Source: Amphiscolops sp. MND2022
Lineage: Eukaryota
Direction: 5' to 3'
Length of the DNA: 64,000 bases
Assembly: GCA_964187785.1 (NCBI GenBank)
Contig: OZ076410.1
Coordinates: forward strand, 61,690,001-61,754,000
Within the stretch, counting starts at the first letter, position 1. Each line of letters begins with the position of its first letter. The notes under the pieces are model-generated. The model had not been told where the DNA came from. It did not search any database and saw only the letters and a list, made by a program, of their open reading frames with translations. A program made the position numbers and the translations under genes. This document shows, one piece after another, positions 12,142 to 25,979 of the stretch.

Positions 12142-13886
12142 CGAAATGATCTTAAATAATTGTATCCCAAACTGTTCATGTCAAATTTTGAATTACTTTG
12201 ATTGGTAAAAAATACTTGCTTACTGTAAAATGAGACGCTGCTACTTATCGACAAACTCTTTCCCGGTTAAATTTACGAAAAACATGAATTTTTATAGTTC
12301 AAAGCAGAAGTTCTGAAGTGAATGGAAACTAGCATTGCTCGGGGAAATCATGTTACACCTGGAGTGTCTTGACATTGTGGTTTGAAATGCAAAACTTAGA
12401 CTAGATGATCCTGCATCTGTTTATTATTGATTTTTCAATGTGTGCCATGACTGAATGACGACTCCGAAAGGATTCTCTTTAGGATTCTCCGAAAGTCAAA
12501 GTGTTTAATTGTGTTTTTTGACATTTACGGAAGCAAAAAAATCCAAAGCTGTGGTAGTTACTGCCTTCACGAGTTGTCAAAATCTCAATGTTTTCACGAT
12601 TTATTTTAATAAATTTCAACGATGAGTGGTAACAGTTGGTATAGTGGCTTGATAGAAAGGGGAAGGCGTTTGTTGATCGAAAAAAAGCTGCCTTGTGCAA
12701 AGCATCTCGTTGTCGTTCAGTGAAGGAAAGTTGAGAGATTAAAAGTTTGCATCGCTAACGCTGGACACAGTGCTGAAGAAAATTAGGTCTTTTAATATAC
12801 AACAAACTGTGAAACTACAAAAACCAATTTCCGACAAATCAACTAATCCCAGGGGACTGCTCCCAAACACAAAATCGCAAAGAAGGCGGCATAAGTCATT
12901 GCATTATCAAACACCATTTCGAGTTTTCCAATTTTTGGCCGGAGTTTGTTTCAGCACATGATTCAATATACTTTCGATCAACTAGTTTTGACTGGATTTC
13001 ATATACAGGCTGCCCAGAAAAGCACACACGTTACTTTCCAAGACTTTCTGATGAGCATGTTAATCCAGGCTACAGCGAAGCAGGGTTGAATCGCAGTTTT
13101 TGTCCGATTAGTACACGACACGTGATAGTGACAAACACTAACAACCAGCGATGTGTCTCAAATTTTCCAGGTTTGTGACCTGTCCACGTCGTAATAAATT
13201 CTGAAGTACGTCCAGAAGATCCGCAACAACCTCGGATTCAATCCAACTTTTTTGAAATCTAATAACTAACTTGGTGCAACGCACGCAAAATTTGTTTTCG
13301 CATAAACTTTTCACGGTGAAGGGCAAAACGAAATGGATGTACTGGGAATACCGGGTTTGTCAGTTGGGAAAGTTTGACCTATTGACAAAGTGTTTTCCAT
13401 CTGTAGTCAAGTTCTAGTTTAGAATAAAGTGAGAATAAATAGAAAGCAACACTAGACAAGTACTTGAGAGAGTAAATAAAAATGGTTTCGTCTCTTTTAT
13501 TTGAGAGATGTTTAATTGGTTCTTCTCTTCGTTCACTTCGCTCACTCCTTGTGCATAGACAATGTTCGACCATTTAATTATTACGAAACTTAACTGAACC
13601 TTTGTTTGTGAAAAAAGAAATGGACCAAAACAAGACTAGTTCTGATTTCTGACATCACCCAAGTTGTTTGATAATCAAACGAAAGTGTGTGGGCCACTTA
13701 AAATGTAGGTTTGTAAACAATGAAGAAACCTGTTTTCATTTTTCATTGATTGTATTTGCTACTTGAAATGGCATATGGCATATCATTTTAGACAATTTTG
13801 TAACATTTGCACCTAATTTGTAACGTTTTTTGTTTGGAAGGTATTTCTTCATTTCCTGAAGACATCACAAATATATTCGTGAATGC

Positions 13887-14056
13887 GGGAGGAAAATCAT
13901 AAACTGTGTTGCGTATTTTACATATTTTGCCAAATCTTCACGATTTCCATCAACTTCAGTTAGAACCTAATTTAGTTACTTTGGCTCAGTTGGTAGTGCG
14001 TCTGCCTCGTTTCATTTTTAGCGGAAAATATCCTGGTACTTAGCGGGCGTCTTGTT
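13887..14056 (+). mobile_element. SINE-like dispersed repeat with tRNA A-box-like segment
   Basis: gggaggaaaatcata...tggctcagttggtag...cttagcgggcgtcttgtt; a diverged copy lies at 48689-48879. Confidence 0.55.
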
Positions 14057-15861
14057 TTCTAATATTTCGTTTCATTTACTATCTTAATACGTGAGACACT
14101 TACTGAACACATAAACCACAATCTCTGCAAAGATTGGGGATTGTTTTCGTTCTTAGATTTTTACTAAAAATTTTTATATAGGGAGAATCTGCTTTTTGAG
14201 GCGATTGTAGGTGATGCTGTGTTCTGTTGGTTGGGCAAATGCTGAAGGTTCTTCCAAAAAAACCTTTTACAGTTAACCGTGATTGGTGTTCTCCTTGATT
14301 TCGAATAATTGTCTTTTGTAATCTCCATTGTTGTTTTTCTACGACACTTATCTCTTCGGATTCTATTTGTTGTTTCGTGACTGCAGTGAAGTTGAGCTTT
14401 TTCACGGTGTTTCTTTTGAAGTTAATAGTTAAGTAGGGTTTTCAATATGAAAACTGGGTTTTTGGTAATTACCAGCTTAAGCTCTGGTGAAAGTTACAAA
14501 TAATTGGGTATATATTTCGATGAAAAAATTATCTTTACTATGTGTGAAGAATGTTTGAAAAACATATTAACCATGTTACTGCCAAACTCGCAAGAAACAG
14601 CGGAATCCTTTACAAACTGAGGGCAACGTTGAACAACGGACAACTGATTCAATAGAAACAAAACGTAAAATAGAAGTCTAAATAATTGGAACATCTTTAG
14701 AAATTATGATAGTCTAGATTATCGTACAATAAGGCGAATCGATGTCCTTCGCAAATGGGGGTGTATTACCTTCTAACAAAGTCATATGCGAGATGGACGG
14801 GAAATAATTTCTACCAACAAATTGCCGTTCTTTACATTTTTGGCTATGGTGAATTAATTATCTCTTTTTTGAATATGATAAATTTCGAATCTCTAACACC
14901 ACTAAAAAACCCTATTTAGAGGTTTCTTCTGTAAAAGCCTCAGTGCTTATATGAAGCCTTTTCAGGGGCTGATGTGAACTAATCTTTAAGTTTTTTTGTT
15001 ATTATAGATCGTTATATATAGCATATACTCTGCGAAAACTGTGGAACTGATGTATTCACTTATTATTTTTGTTATAAACCAAAGCAGCGAGTCTCTTGTG
15101 AAAAATCACAAAAAGTCTTAAATAACCTTAAAAACTGTAGGTTTGTTTTCTATGCTCAAGAACAGTTTTTGAAGAATTTCTCGTCTTTCCCACGGTACCA
15201 CAACAGCCAGAGTTCAGTCACCCTTGACACTAAAAAAAAACATTTTTCTCTGACGATGATAACCTTTAAAATATTAAATATTGTGCAATAAAATTTCTCG
15301 AGTGAAATTTTCCAGGGAAAAATTCATCATTAAATCGCAGAGCGTTCAAACACCTTAAGGTCCTTTATGTTCACAAAGCGAGGGATCTTGAGTAGTAAAA
15401 AGTCCAGGAAAAATGTCTTGAAAAAAAACCTCTCGATTCATCATACATTCAGAACTATTTTCAAAAAATGAAAACCGCGTTAACCGCTAGGCCAAGTGGA
15501 AAATACTTACCAGATTCGCAGCGCTTCTAGTAGAAAAGAAATGGATGGAAAAATTTCCGTCTCAAGAGATCAAATATAGTAATCAGGCACGAGAAACCAG
15601 ACGTAGGTTTCCTCTAGCAAAGTTTACAGATACGTTGACAATAAGGGTAACATTATCGGTTAGCATAGACAATGATGAATACTTTTCAGTGAACAATGAA
15701 GTACAAATATGCAATGATGAAGTAACATATAGCGTAAATGAATATGAATACATCTTAATTTATATTCGAACATATTCATATTTATTGCTTCATGTACAAG
15801 CCTATATGCTAGATATCTATAAAATATTCAGCCCAGCTAAAAAACTCGAGACTGTTTTCAC

Positions 15862-17270
15862 TCATCTTTTTCGCCAACATCGCATCCATCTTTTTCTGAA
15901 GTTACACCGGAAAGTATTTGCTCTCATATAAAAAATAAAGTTCATTGACCGATTACAGGACACGATCAATACAGCCATGCTCTCCAGAAGATCGTCCCAT
16001 TCAGGAAATAATACTTTTAATGAGTAGAGCACTATGTAAGCCGGTGTACAAACCAAGCAAATGATACAGAGGAATGTTACTGTCTGTAGAGCCTTATGTT
16101 CTTTCGGTGACAGCAAAGGTATCACAATGTCATTTGCTTTCTTTGGCTTGAGAGTCTCAGATGCAACGTCTTCACATTCATCAGGTCTTGCTTCAGAACC
16201 ACAAATGTTGTCATTGTCTTCTGTCTCAGAATGTGATTGGTCGATTCGCACACAGCATACACTAGATCCAATATCCAACTTGATTGCTTATTCAGACGAA
16301 ATTCCACTTTTTGACCCAGAAACGCTTTCTTTCGTATTTCCTGCTGAAGCCACCGGCAATATTTCCATTGAATCATTTTCTCCTCTGTTCATTTGGTCAG
16401 AATTCGTTTCCACATCGACGTTTTCAGGTTCATTAGCGTCTGCAACTTGTTCAACGTCTACCGTTACAACTGTTTCATGGTTGCCAGAGAAAGCTGTCGA
16501 AACACACTGACCAGGTCCGCCATGGATCTCCTCCGTCAGATGAGAATAATCAGAAGGGCCCGTATTGATGTCCCTGACTTCGAACTTGGTGCAATTGGCC
16601 CCGTGCGATGCATCAACTGGCTTAACATTTGCATTGGTTTTTGAATCCTCCTTCTTCTCATTATTGTTGTCAGCGTCTTTAGCCACTTTGGGCTTGGGCA
16701 TGCGCCTAGCGAGCATTTGGCGAATGAAAGCCACAGTTGCACCCAAAAGTGCACCTGATTGTCCAATGGCTCCGTAGAGCATAGGAACCATGAGTTGATA
16801 CAAGTTCAACAACATTGTGAAGTTGCTTTTCATTTCACAGACTGAATCTTCGAAGTTGTAGAAAAGAAGGTTAGGGATGACGAGAACGAAGTGGAACACG
16901 GTCAGTGCCACCGAGATCCATCTGATTAGTTTAGGCCAGCCGCGGCTGGAGTCGTTATGCCATTCCGTTTACCTGATGGCAAGAACCCGATCTGCAGCAA
17001 GTCCAATGAGATGAGCGCCAGCGTTCATGGAAGTAGCCCAGGACAGATAGGGGTAAAGTTGGCAAAATGGGGGTCCTAAGGATCGGGAGTCAATTCCCCA
17101 AATAGCATTTGCAATTGTATTTGGAAGTATTATGATCGACGTGAAAATGTCCCATACAACAAGGTACCTGAACAAAAAAACAGTTTACCCTTCAACATTT
17201 TAGTAACCCAAGCCAATCTGCTGAAGTAAGAATGACAAATTGGAACCCGACTTTCCTGTGGAATATTTGT
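15862..17270 (-). pseudogene. Rhodopsin-class (family A) GPCR pseudogene, apparently intronless
   Basis: One continuous frame: TVFLFRYLVVWD (TM2), GPPFCQLYPY...GLAADRVLAIR (TM3, DR motif), WISVALTVFHFVLVIPNL (TM4), C in ECL2, TM5, a very long ICL3, TM6 TVTFLCIICLVCTPAYI, TM7 NRSMNFIFY, helix 8 FRCNF. It is broken by in-frame TAA at ~17185, 16969-16971 and 16288-16290, and TM1 is scrambled. Confidence 0.85.
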
Positions 17271-17339
17271 CACACCCAGCTCCCAGCTGTTATTACAGAA
17301 CGCGATTACTTCACTCAAACTTACTGTACTAAACAAATT

Positions 17340-18390
17340 AAAATGATTTTTGTGACGTCATCAGGACAGCTGAGCTAGCAATACTACATCATTTGGAATG
17401 ATTTTGTGACAGCACTAATTAGATAATCACAATGTTTTCTAAAGCTCGTCGTCACGCCTCCGTCACGACTTGGTGGCTAAAGCTAATCCTAATGCGACAC
17501 AACGTTGCAATTGTAAAATAGGCTCCATTAGGACGAAGATTTAAGTACTACATGAAAGCAAAGTCTTTGTAAAAATATGAAATATGTGGGATTCGTAAAA
17601 AAGGGGTTAAATTAACTTTAAACATTGTGTTGTAAGGCAAAATTTAAAATCAACTCCAATCAATTGAGTGCATAGATAATGTAATTTATCTCCTATTTTT
17701 CCATAAAATTTGCAGTACAATTTAGAGGAACCTATTAACAATACGTCGTCTTTATGTCACTCAGATCTTTCAGATTCGAACTTACAACATATCCATTTTG
17801 ACACCTAACATGGGAAGTGCGACGTAAGGTTACCGTTTCCCTGAATTGAATAAGCCACTAAAGTATGTTCATTCAACCGAGGAAGTGTAGAAGTCGCAAG
17901 AGTGAGTTTACACATTTATTTTACGGATTGTAAAAAAATTAAACCCTCATGATGTTTTTAAATTGCGTTTATGTGGTAATCCTCTTAATATTGTTGTTCA
18001 GTTGTATATTTAACTTGCTGTTTAAGTTGTTTTCCAATTTGACGGAAATGGTGCATTGAAATTACTCGGATGATATCACCAATGATGAAAGGTTCGTTAT
18101 TAAACCTGTTACACCTCAGCATCATTTTTCCTCATTTAGTCCTAACTTCGGAAAGTTTTTTCCCGTTTTATTAACGTAGCAATTTTTACGAGTCATACTT
18201 TTGTCTCGATCTGAAACGGCTGCTTGCCCTTATCTCCATCTCCGGGGTTTAGTACTGTGGACCGTTAGTGAACAAATCCTGGTTTTCTGGTTTCAAAGGA
18301 CTGTATCTTTTGACTGGTGGGTCCGATATGACCCGTAGTATCTCCTAGGTTTCAATTTCTAAAGTTGCAAATTGACTAATTGTTCACGCC
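17340..18390 (-). mobile_element. Probable retroelement 3'-end/LTR-like remnant abutting the GPCR 5' end
   Basis: TGACGTCA-containing LTR-like segment at 17351-17500 and a stop-riddled minus-strand ORF remnant at 18180-18390. No diagnostic catalytic motif. Confidence 0.3.
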
Positions 18391-20189
18391 AGCGTACTTT
18401 CATCGATGGATGTTCAAGTAGACTTCTATTTTTCCGCCATATTTTTGTTCGAACACGAAGTAAGAACGGTTGAACAACAATGTTTCGAACAAAGGATGAC
18501 GAAAAGTTGTTGTGACTAGGAAATTACGTACGTGATGTTTAGACAATGCACTGAAATCTTGGTTCAAAAAACAAAAATGAGAAATGGTTGATGTGACTAG
18601 GAATTCACATACCAGCTTTTTACACGCCGCACTGAAAACTGGGTTTCTTGTGATCAAGTTCAATTTTTTCGATACGTAGGACTTTAAAGGTGAGGAACAA
18701 TTGATGGTTAAAGAGTATAAATATGTGTGTTTGTAAATTACGAGTTATCATTTTTGCTGTACTCCTGCCGAACACAGAACGACTTCGTTGAAAACGTCCA
18801 AACCCTCGAAACATTTTGTGTGATGTCAAAAAGGGTAATTCGAAGCCAGAAATGTCTGAAAAGACCTTCCATGCACCTACATCAACTTCCGAAAAACCCA
18901 AACGAGTAAGCAAAATAACACTCCGTTAGGTTTCGTATCGTGGTGACACGAGCTAAAACGATCCAGGATCGAATAAATCGCCATCAGCAGATGCGCAACA
19001 GGAACAGCACAGAAGCAAGCAGGATAGCTAAATTCAATCTAAGCTCGCAACGAGGAGAGATTTTAAACGAAAAACGTAAGTAGTTACTTCAGAATGGAGC
19101 GATTACTGTTATTTTCTGATTTCAAAAAGGAGCAATAGTTAACGGTTTTTCACTCCCAAAAACTGTGCCTTCCTTCAATTTGTTACTGTGGTCTAAAAGT
19201 TCTCATGTAAACTACAACTTTTCCAAAAAAAATGGAACACCGTTCCTCAACTTTTTTTCATTAAATTCGTACGCAACTGGAGACTCCAAGTCAACGACTG
19301 CATGACGTAATAATCCTGATAGTAAAAAATTTCCCTGAACCTACAGTTCAACCTATACTTCACTGCTTGTGCTTGCGAGCTAATGTGTTGAATGTACACT
19401 TGACTAAATTATAGACGAATCTTTAACGACGAGGCATACAAAGAATACAGTGAAAACCTCAGGTAAAAAACGATCGAGAGCAAAACGCTCTCCATTCTGA
19501 GTAGACATTTGCGCTTTGGACTGTGACAACAACATTGCTGTCAAAGTGGGAAACTCTCATTTGTCCCCGCTTTCCTGAACAGGTGTTGAACTCACAAAGG
19601 GGCAACATACAAGCTGCGAAGTATTTTTTCATGAATTTCTTCATCGATGCACTAACGTCAACTAATGACCTGTTGCGTCGTTACTAATATCCAATAAAAT
19701 CGACTTCAATGACCAAACATACAACTGCAATCAATGGTATCAACATGAAAGTGTCTAAATGTGCGTTCTACCTTAATCACGGGTTGAAGACAAAGGTAAT
19801 TGTCGACTGATAAATGTAGGAATGCCTACCCAGCAAACACAAGCAATCTTGTTATCGTGTTTTCTACGTTACACAACTCTCCGAAAACGTTACGTAAGAC
19901 ACCCACAGATCAAGGAGCCAATAGAGAAAAGAAAGATTATGTCTCTGTCAGTTTCATTTCGACCGCTCGAAGGACATGTAGCAAATTTTACCCGGATCAG
20001 TATCACAGTCAGCAACAACAGTGAAGACGTTTTCATGAACGGCAGGCTGACGTTGGGCACCTGGGACAGAAACCCATGACTTAGGACTGTGACCGGATTC
20101 TCATTCGGGGCGACAGCTTCTAAAAGTTGATAAACAGATCGAAAAACCGAAGACCGCTAGACAATTACAAAGCCATCAACGCAGGCAGC

Positions 20190-23100
20190 ACTAGCGGAAC
20201 CGTGCGCATTGGCTCTCAAACGACGGATCACAGGACAACAAAAGGTAATAATGACAGACGCCAGCTTTCGCGCCTCGGGATACGCGCTAATGATTGAAGA
20301 GGGCAACAAAAAGAAACCCTAATTGAAAAATAAAACCTTTGCTCGTGTAGAAATCGGATCGAATGTATTTTCATCAGTGCAATTGAAAATGATCACTTAC
20401 TGAGAAGAAAGTCTGACGATCTATCACGCCTTCCAGAATTAGAGCCATATTTTGTAGGAAGCGACCATACCAAAGCTCGTAATGACCGACAACAGGTCAG
20501 TGACTCGTTTCTTTCGAACAAGACATTACCACCTACACTATGGAATGCGTGTGACTACGTGCTGCTATTCCATTTCCACATGATGCACGTGGCTGGTGCG
20601 CAAATTCTTCAGAAGAGACAGAACAAATGTTCCTGCAACAAGAGGAACAAGCAAGACAAAATGCGCGTGACGAAGAGCCGACAGAATGACAAAAAAGAAA
20701 CAGCGCTGATACTCATCAATAAAGCTGCATACAACTTTGGAGCAATAAAGAAAGACCCCCGAACTAGAGTTGAACAGGAGACGGACCTTCTTCTGCAATG
20801 AATCAAGTGAAAGGTGAGATAAGTGGAATACGACAAACACTTGATGGCAACAGACCCAAAAGCCAGATGTCTATTTATACACGAGGATAGACTAATTGCC
20901 AAAGAGGGTATACTCATGCGTAATAACTACGGGGAATGCAGATAAGAAACGCACCAATAAATACGGATTCAAGAGCACCTAACAAAAAATCATTTTGAGA
21001 CAAACGCGGAGGAAAGGGGAACCACCCAAAAGAGGCATACCAAAAATTATCCAAGTATGCCGCTCAAAAGACTATTCTTCTGGATTAGCAAAAAAATCAG
21101 TGCGTCACGAGATATGAAGACTGTAACAAATACAAAAGAATAGATAAACGTCGGATCAGCAACACAGAACATGATTAGGCCCAGAAGACATCCTGGAAAG
21201 TGACATACTACCAAATTTGCCAAATTCTGCTGGTTATCGAAGTATTGTCACCATGACAGACGTTTTTTCATGTTATCTGTTTGATATCATTTTCAAAACG
21301 TGACAACCAGAGCAATCGAACGGTCCATCGTCGACGTCATGACAAGACATACTTGCCAACACTCATCCTATCGTACAAAGGATTTCAAATCCGTTCAGAA
21401 GTCGTTGCGAAGAGAGCAGAAATATTGAAATAATAAATAAGCCATGCGCCCACTGAACACGCACAAACGATCGGAAAACTGGAACGAAGGCATGCCTCTA
21501 TCAAAATGACACCAAAAGTCTCAACAGGAGAATGACAATCTAAATGCCACAAAAATATCCAAATTGCTGTAATGAATTACAGCAAAACATACCACGAAAC
21601 ACCTGGGCTGCGAACTGTCCACGGTACGTCATGGACGAATACCTCATAATGTACTTGACTTGAAATTAGGCAACATGCCGAAATGGAAAACTACGCTTTA
21701 TTCAGACAGAGCCGAATAATTAGAAAACCGAATTGACGGAAAGCTCGCGACAGCAACAATATACCCCAGTGCTATGTCAAGTAGAAGAAAGACTACGACC
21801 GTTAAGCGTCAGGAGCACCGCTCAAGATAAATGACTATTGCTATATCCTTAACACGAAGGCTGATAACCAGTCGACAAAACGACATTAACGAAAATTGGG
21901 ACAAAATACATGCAAAAGCTACATAGAACACAAATTCAACTCTATTAGCCAGAACAACGTATGAGTGACGTCACAGTACAATCAAATGAACATTTACCAA
22001 AAACGGACGTCAAAACGCCTCACAATGAATGGTATGCTATATCATGGGAAAAAAGTTTTGGGAACCAGGTCGACGAAGCTGCAACGAAAGAAGCAACTGA
22101 TAGCGCCCCACTCCTTGAAAGTCCACATATACGCCCAAGATCACCACCTACAGCTACAGTTGTCGGATACAATCAGCGAAAAGTAGCGAAGTATAATTGG
22201 AGACCTAATTCTAAACCTAACACTAAGCCTGACTGCAAACGACTTGACGCTATATCTTCGACTCAAAAGAAGAAAGGGAAAATTTAAGGAGTCCAGATCG
22301 AACCGACCTGACAATGTTACAATTACAAGTCTTTCTACGACCTTCTCAATTTTATTCTCTTTCTTTTACGACTCCTCCGTCTTTACTATGGACCCTTTTC
22401 TTTACTATGGAGTTTCTACAAACAACTGAACAATAAATAGAAAACAACTCTTAAACTTCAAAAGTCAACAAGAAATTTACACTAGAAAGGCAACAAACAG
22501 CATGTTCATTGATTCCACAAATAGTAATTCTTCTACCTCTTTTTCGAATCGGAAGCAGTATTATCGCTTGTCCACTTCTTTCTTACGAGCCAAACGATAA
22601 CATCGGTATGACTGCCACAACAAACGTCCGCCCAAGGAACAAACGATGTTATCAACATGAATTCTCGCTACTAGCGATGGCATTGCGCGCACTCTCCATC
22701 GTGCCTACTGTGGAGAAGGCTCCCTGCTTCTGATTGACAGACAATACAAAACTCTGCACGCACCTTCACATGCGCGAATATAGTTGCAGCAGGAACTTTG
22801 CAATCGTTCAAATCAATGTCTACAATAGACCATTTTTTTCTGATGACGATCAATAACGAGACAGCACAACTTCAAAACCTGGGTCAAACTCCTTGGCGCA
22901 TAAAACTATAGTCAGCCAAAACGTATGTCACAATGTTGGATATTTCTTCAGTGCTGTGCCCTGATCCACTATGTCGAAAACGAACATCAACGACAGGTGG
23001 TAAATCCACCACACTCGATTGACTGTCGTCGTGTGATAAACAGCCACTCCCTTCAATTACACGAAGCAACTCCGCGTGAACGCGAAACATATGCTGATCG

Positions 23101-25200
23101 TCGCTATCCAATAGCAGCTCAGGCAGTCGATCCACAAACTCGCGGCCACAGTTGTGAATTTCTAGAAGTATTTGCGAAACTCTACAAGATATTGCGAAAC
23201 TTAGTAGTATTTGAACAAATTCAAGCTCCTCCCAAATTCATATTTCAACAGGAAATCGTCAGTAGCACCCTCCCCGAAATGACACAAATTGGAGACATCC
23301 ATAAACATTTTCCAGTACAGGATTCCGGGCATATCAGTCAAGATACGGCTGGGGAAAGGAGACAATATCTGAACTGGCTAACTTCACTGTAAGCATGGAA
23401 TCTGTAGTTCTGACTTCCAGCTTCCTGCTTCGTGGACATGCAGTGATATAAACACAAGATTGGACCAATTTGGCTCAAAACAAACCACTCCCTATAAAAT
23501 GAACACATCCAAGACTCCTATTGCCAAAAACAATTCCTACGAGAACCATCACAACAGTTAACAACAGAATAAAAAAGACTCGCCTATGTCAAGAATGTGG
23601 AGCAGAAGCCCTAAATCCAGCTTGTCTGCTGATTCCAAACTCACGAGGCAGTCAAGCCCTCGAATCTGGAACAACACAGCCAGCAATGAAAACAACAAAC
23701 TAGTACCCACAATGAACTCCATCCCCAAACAAAAATAACAAAAAGAAAAGACAAAGAAGAAACAAAAGGAAAACAATCAATGTGATAATTTACCTCATTG
23801 AACCCGCTCTTTATGTGACGGGGGCCCGTATAGCCCACGTACTCCCGGATGGAGTCGTAGACAGGCACCAGCTCCGCGACGACCCCACGAAGCTCCAGGA
23901 AGGACACGTTGCCTGCTATGACTTTACGTGGCGAGTTCTGAGTGTCTTCCATCCACGGTTTTGGCAAGGCTCCACACAGCTGCGATATCAGGAAGCCGAC
24001 CATGGTGGTCATTTCCAGCATTTTAAAAATTTCCTGGTGGGCCACTCGATAGCAATGCAGGAAGATTTCAGCGGTATATTCGCGAGCATGGACGAATTGG
24101 CGCTCATCGGACACTGAGAACTCGCAGCAGAAACTTCACTCAAGCCGCGAATGCTGAAGTGATGCGTCAGCCATACTCGTCACTATCCGAGACAGCAACT
24201 CAGCGTTCGGTACACGCTGACACTGGAGCTCCAGATTCACGCACACTTCCAACAAACTGTTCCTTTCCCAGGTTCGGACGATACAGTTCTGGCTGTCGGC
24301 TTGTTCTTCAATAGCCACACCATAGGATCCTAAAGCTGTCGCACGAGATGTGACCGAAAGAAGAACTCGAGGAAAGAGCTCGGCTGATCAGCCATTTTAG
24401 GCAAGAAACAATGCAACCGAGTCGTTTTCTTTGAAATGGACGGAAAAGGGGACGAATAAAAGGAAAGAAACAAACAGAGCAACCAAAGACCATTAGTCCA
24501 TTATACTAAGCGAAGTTTCCGATTAACTCCAATGGAGATTGTAAAGAAGATCTTTTGAGCCTAGGGTTGCCGGAAAGCAACCCCAAAGTTTCCGTAAAAG
24601 AGGTAACTACCCCCACATCTACACGATTTGGCGATGCATTTCACCAGTGTCAACCAATATCTCGAGGTATTTGTATCCCATTGTCGCTCTGCTTCTATCA
24701 ACACTCAAATTCGTAAAACTGGCAACACTTTCGGTAACATTTTGCTTGAGAATGTATATCAAGTCGACTTCTGAGTGATAATCATCCAATTCTATTTAAA
24801 TGTTTGATTTCAAGCTCATCGTCCAAGTCTACCCTTCTCGCCAGCTCATTATCTTTTAATTCAGCCAAGCGGATTTTGTCATTCAATGATTCTTGGTCTT
24901 ATTTCTTTTTCACAAATGTTCCTTCGTCTACAATCATCGCTTTCTAGCTTCATTTGGACTTCGGTCGAAAACGAAAAACCCTTGAATAACCCCTTCTATT
25001 ACTCCTTCATTTCTTTTCGTCGTTCAATAGCCAAACTTATCCTTCTTCAGCTTTGACTGATAGCTCTCGAAGATAACCAAAGCTCTAAATTTATACTTTT
25101 TTATTCGAAGCACAGTTCTATTGAGATCTCCCTCTCCAACTAAACTCAATATTTACTGCAGCACTATTCCCTCTGTAATCATGTATGATTCCAGGTCTGG
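20190..25200 (+). mobile_element. Degenerate Ty3/Gypsy LTR retrotransposon (RNase H - integrase - pol end - antisense accessory region)
   Basis: RNase H: VIMTDASFRASGYALMIE...VMTDNRSVTRFF...TLWNACDYVL (20240-20600). Integrase core: LGPEDILESDILPNLPNSAGYRSIVTMTDVFS (21175-21280). Pol C-terminus: WYAISWE...RPNSKPN (21961-22287). Many stops and frameshifts. Confidence 0.85.
23641..24318 (-). pseudogene. Antisense accessory ORF of Gypsy element 1 (AHQ-motif family)
   Basis: ORFs 24136-24318 and 23641-24114 are in the same frame, separated by one TGA; homologous to 57200-57682. Confidence 0.7.
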
Positions 25201-25700
25201 TTGGCGATTTTTAGTTCACTCAAACGACTAGAGTGTGTCCTTCTCAAAGTGCGGAAACTATTTTTACTGCTGGATATACTAGACAACAAAATCTGTTTGA
25301 TCCATCAAACTACATCCAGTTTCAGAATCTGAAGACAACTTTTAGGAGAAAAACAACGAATCCCCTCAAAGTGATTGGAATGTCACACCTTCGAGAAAAA
25401 TCTTTTTTTGTGAGAGCCGTCAATTCTTTCACCTACCTCATAGATACCTAACCTTTTTCACCTTGCATCATAGATTTCCTTTATCCAACAAATAAAATCA
25501 AAGAAAATAAAGGTTTCTGCTTGAAAAACATTCAAACATGGTTTCAAGATGCAGTTATTACATTTGCTGCTACTGTAGTGTCTGCAGACCACTGTTAAGT
25601 CTTTCCTAACTAAACACAGCGTCAGTGTTTCTCTCCATATTCATGTAAAACAAGTGATTGTTTATTTAAAAACGTACTTCATTACTATTCTTGGCTCTGA

Positions 25701-25889
25701 NNNNNNNNNNNNNNNNNNNNNNNNNNNNNNNNNNNNNNNNNNNNNNNNNNNNNNNNNNNNNNNNNNNNNNNNNNNNNNNNNNNNNNNNNNNNNNNNNNNN
25801 NNNNNNNNNNNNNNNNNNNNNNNNNNNNNNNNNNNNNNNNNNNNNNNNNNNNNNNNNNNNNNNNNNNNNNNNNNNNNNNNNNNNNNNNN
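25701..25889. other. Assembly gap (189 N)
   Basis: Run of N. Confidence 1.
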
Positions 25890-25979
25890 TTCTTTTCAGG
25901 TGTCAGTGTAAGTGGATCTATTAACCGGTTAACCGGTTATAAAACGGAAGGTCCTGTTGCACGTGATACGCCACGCCGC

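Noticed and set aside
12770-15550. Possible additional genes between the TIR gene and the GPCR
   Set aside because: Only short AT-rich ORFs without domains or compatible splice sites.
16061-16777. Plus-strand ORFs 16061-16510 and 16565-16777, and similar shadows opposite gag and the TIR gene
   Set aside because: Antisense shadows of real coding frames, with no independent motifs.
16288-16971. TAA reassigned to Gln (ciliate-like code), which would make the GPCR intact
   Set aside because: The 392-codon TIR-gene exon and the coiled-coil gene contain no internal TAA/TAG, the latter ends in TAA, and GPCR TM1 is also disrupted. Ordinary pseudogenisation fits better.
16922-16972. 51-nt GT-AG intron that would remove the stop after DRVLAIR
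   Set aside because: Splicing it out deletes the entire second intracellular loop. The retained sequence is in frame and loop-like, and other stops remain.
22509-23392. Plus-strand env-like ORF (hydrophobic start, RNKR furin-like site)
   Set aside because: Only 74 aa open, with no supporting transmembrane anchor or counterpart in element 2. The demonstrable coding constraint nearby is on the minus strand.
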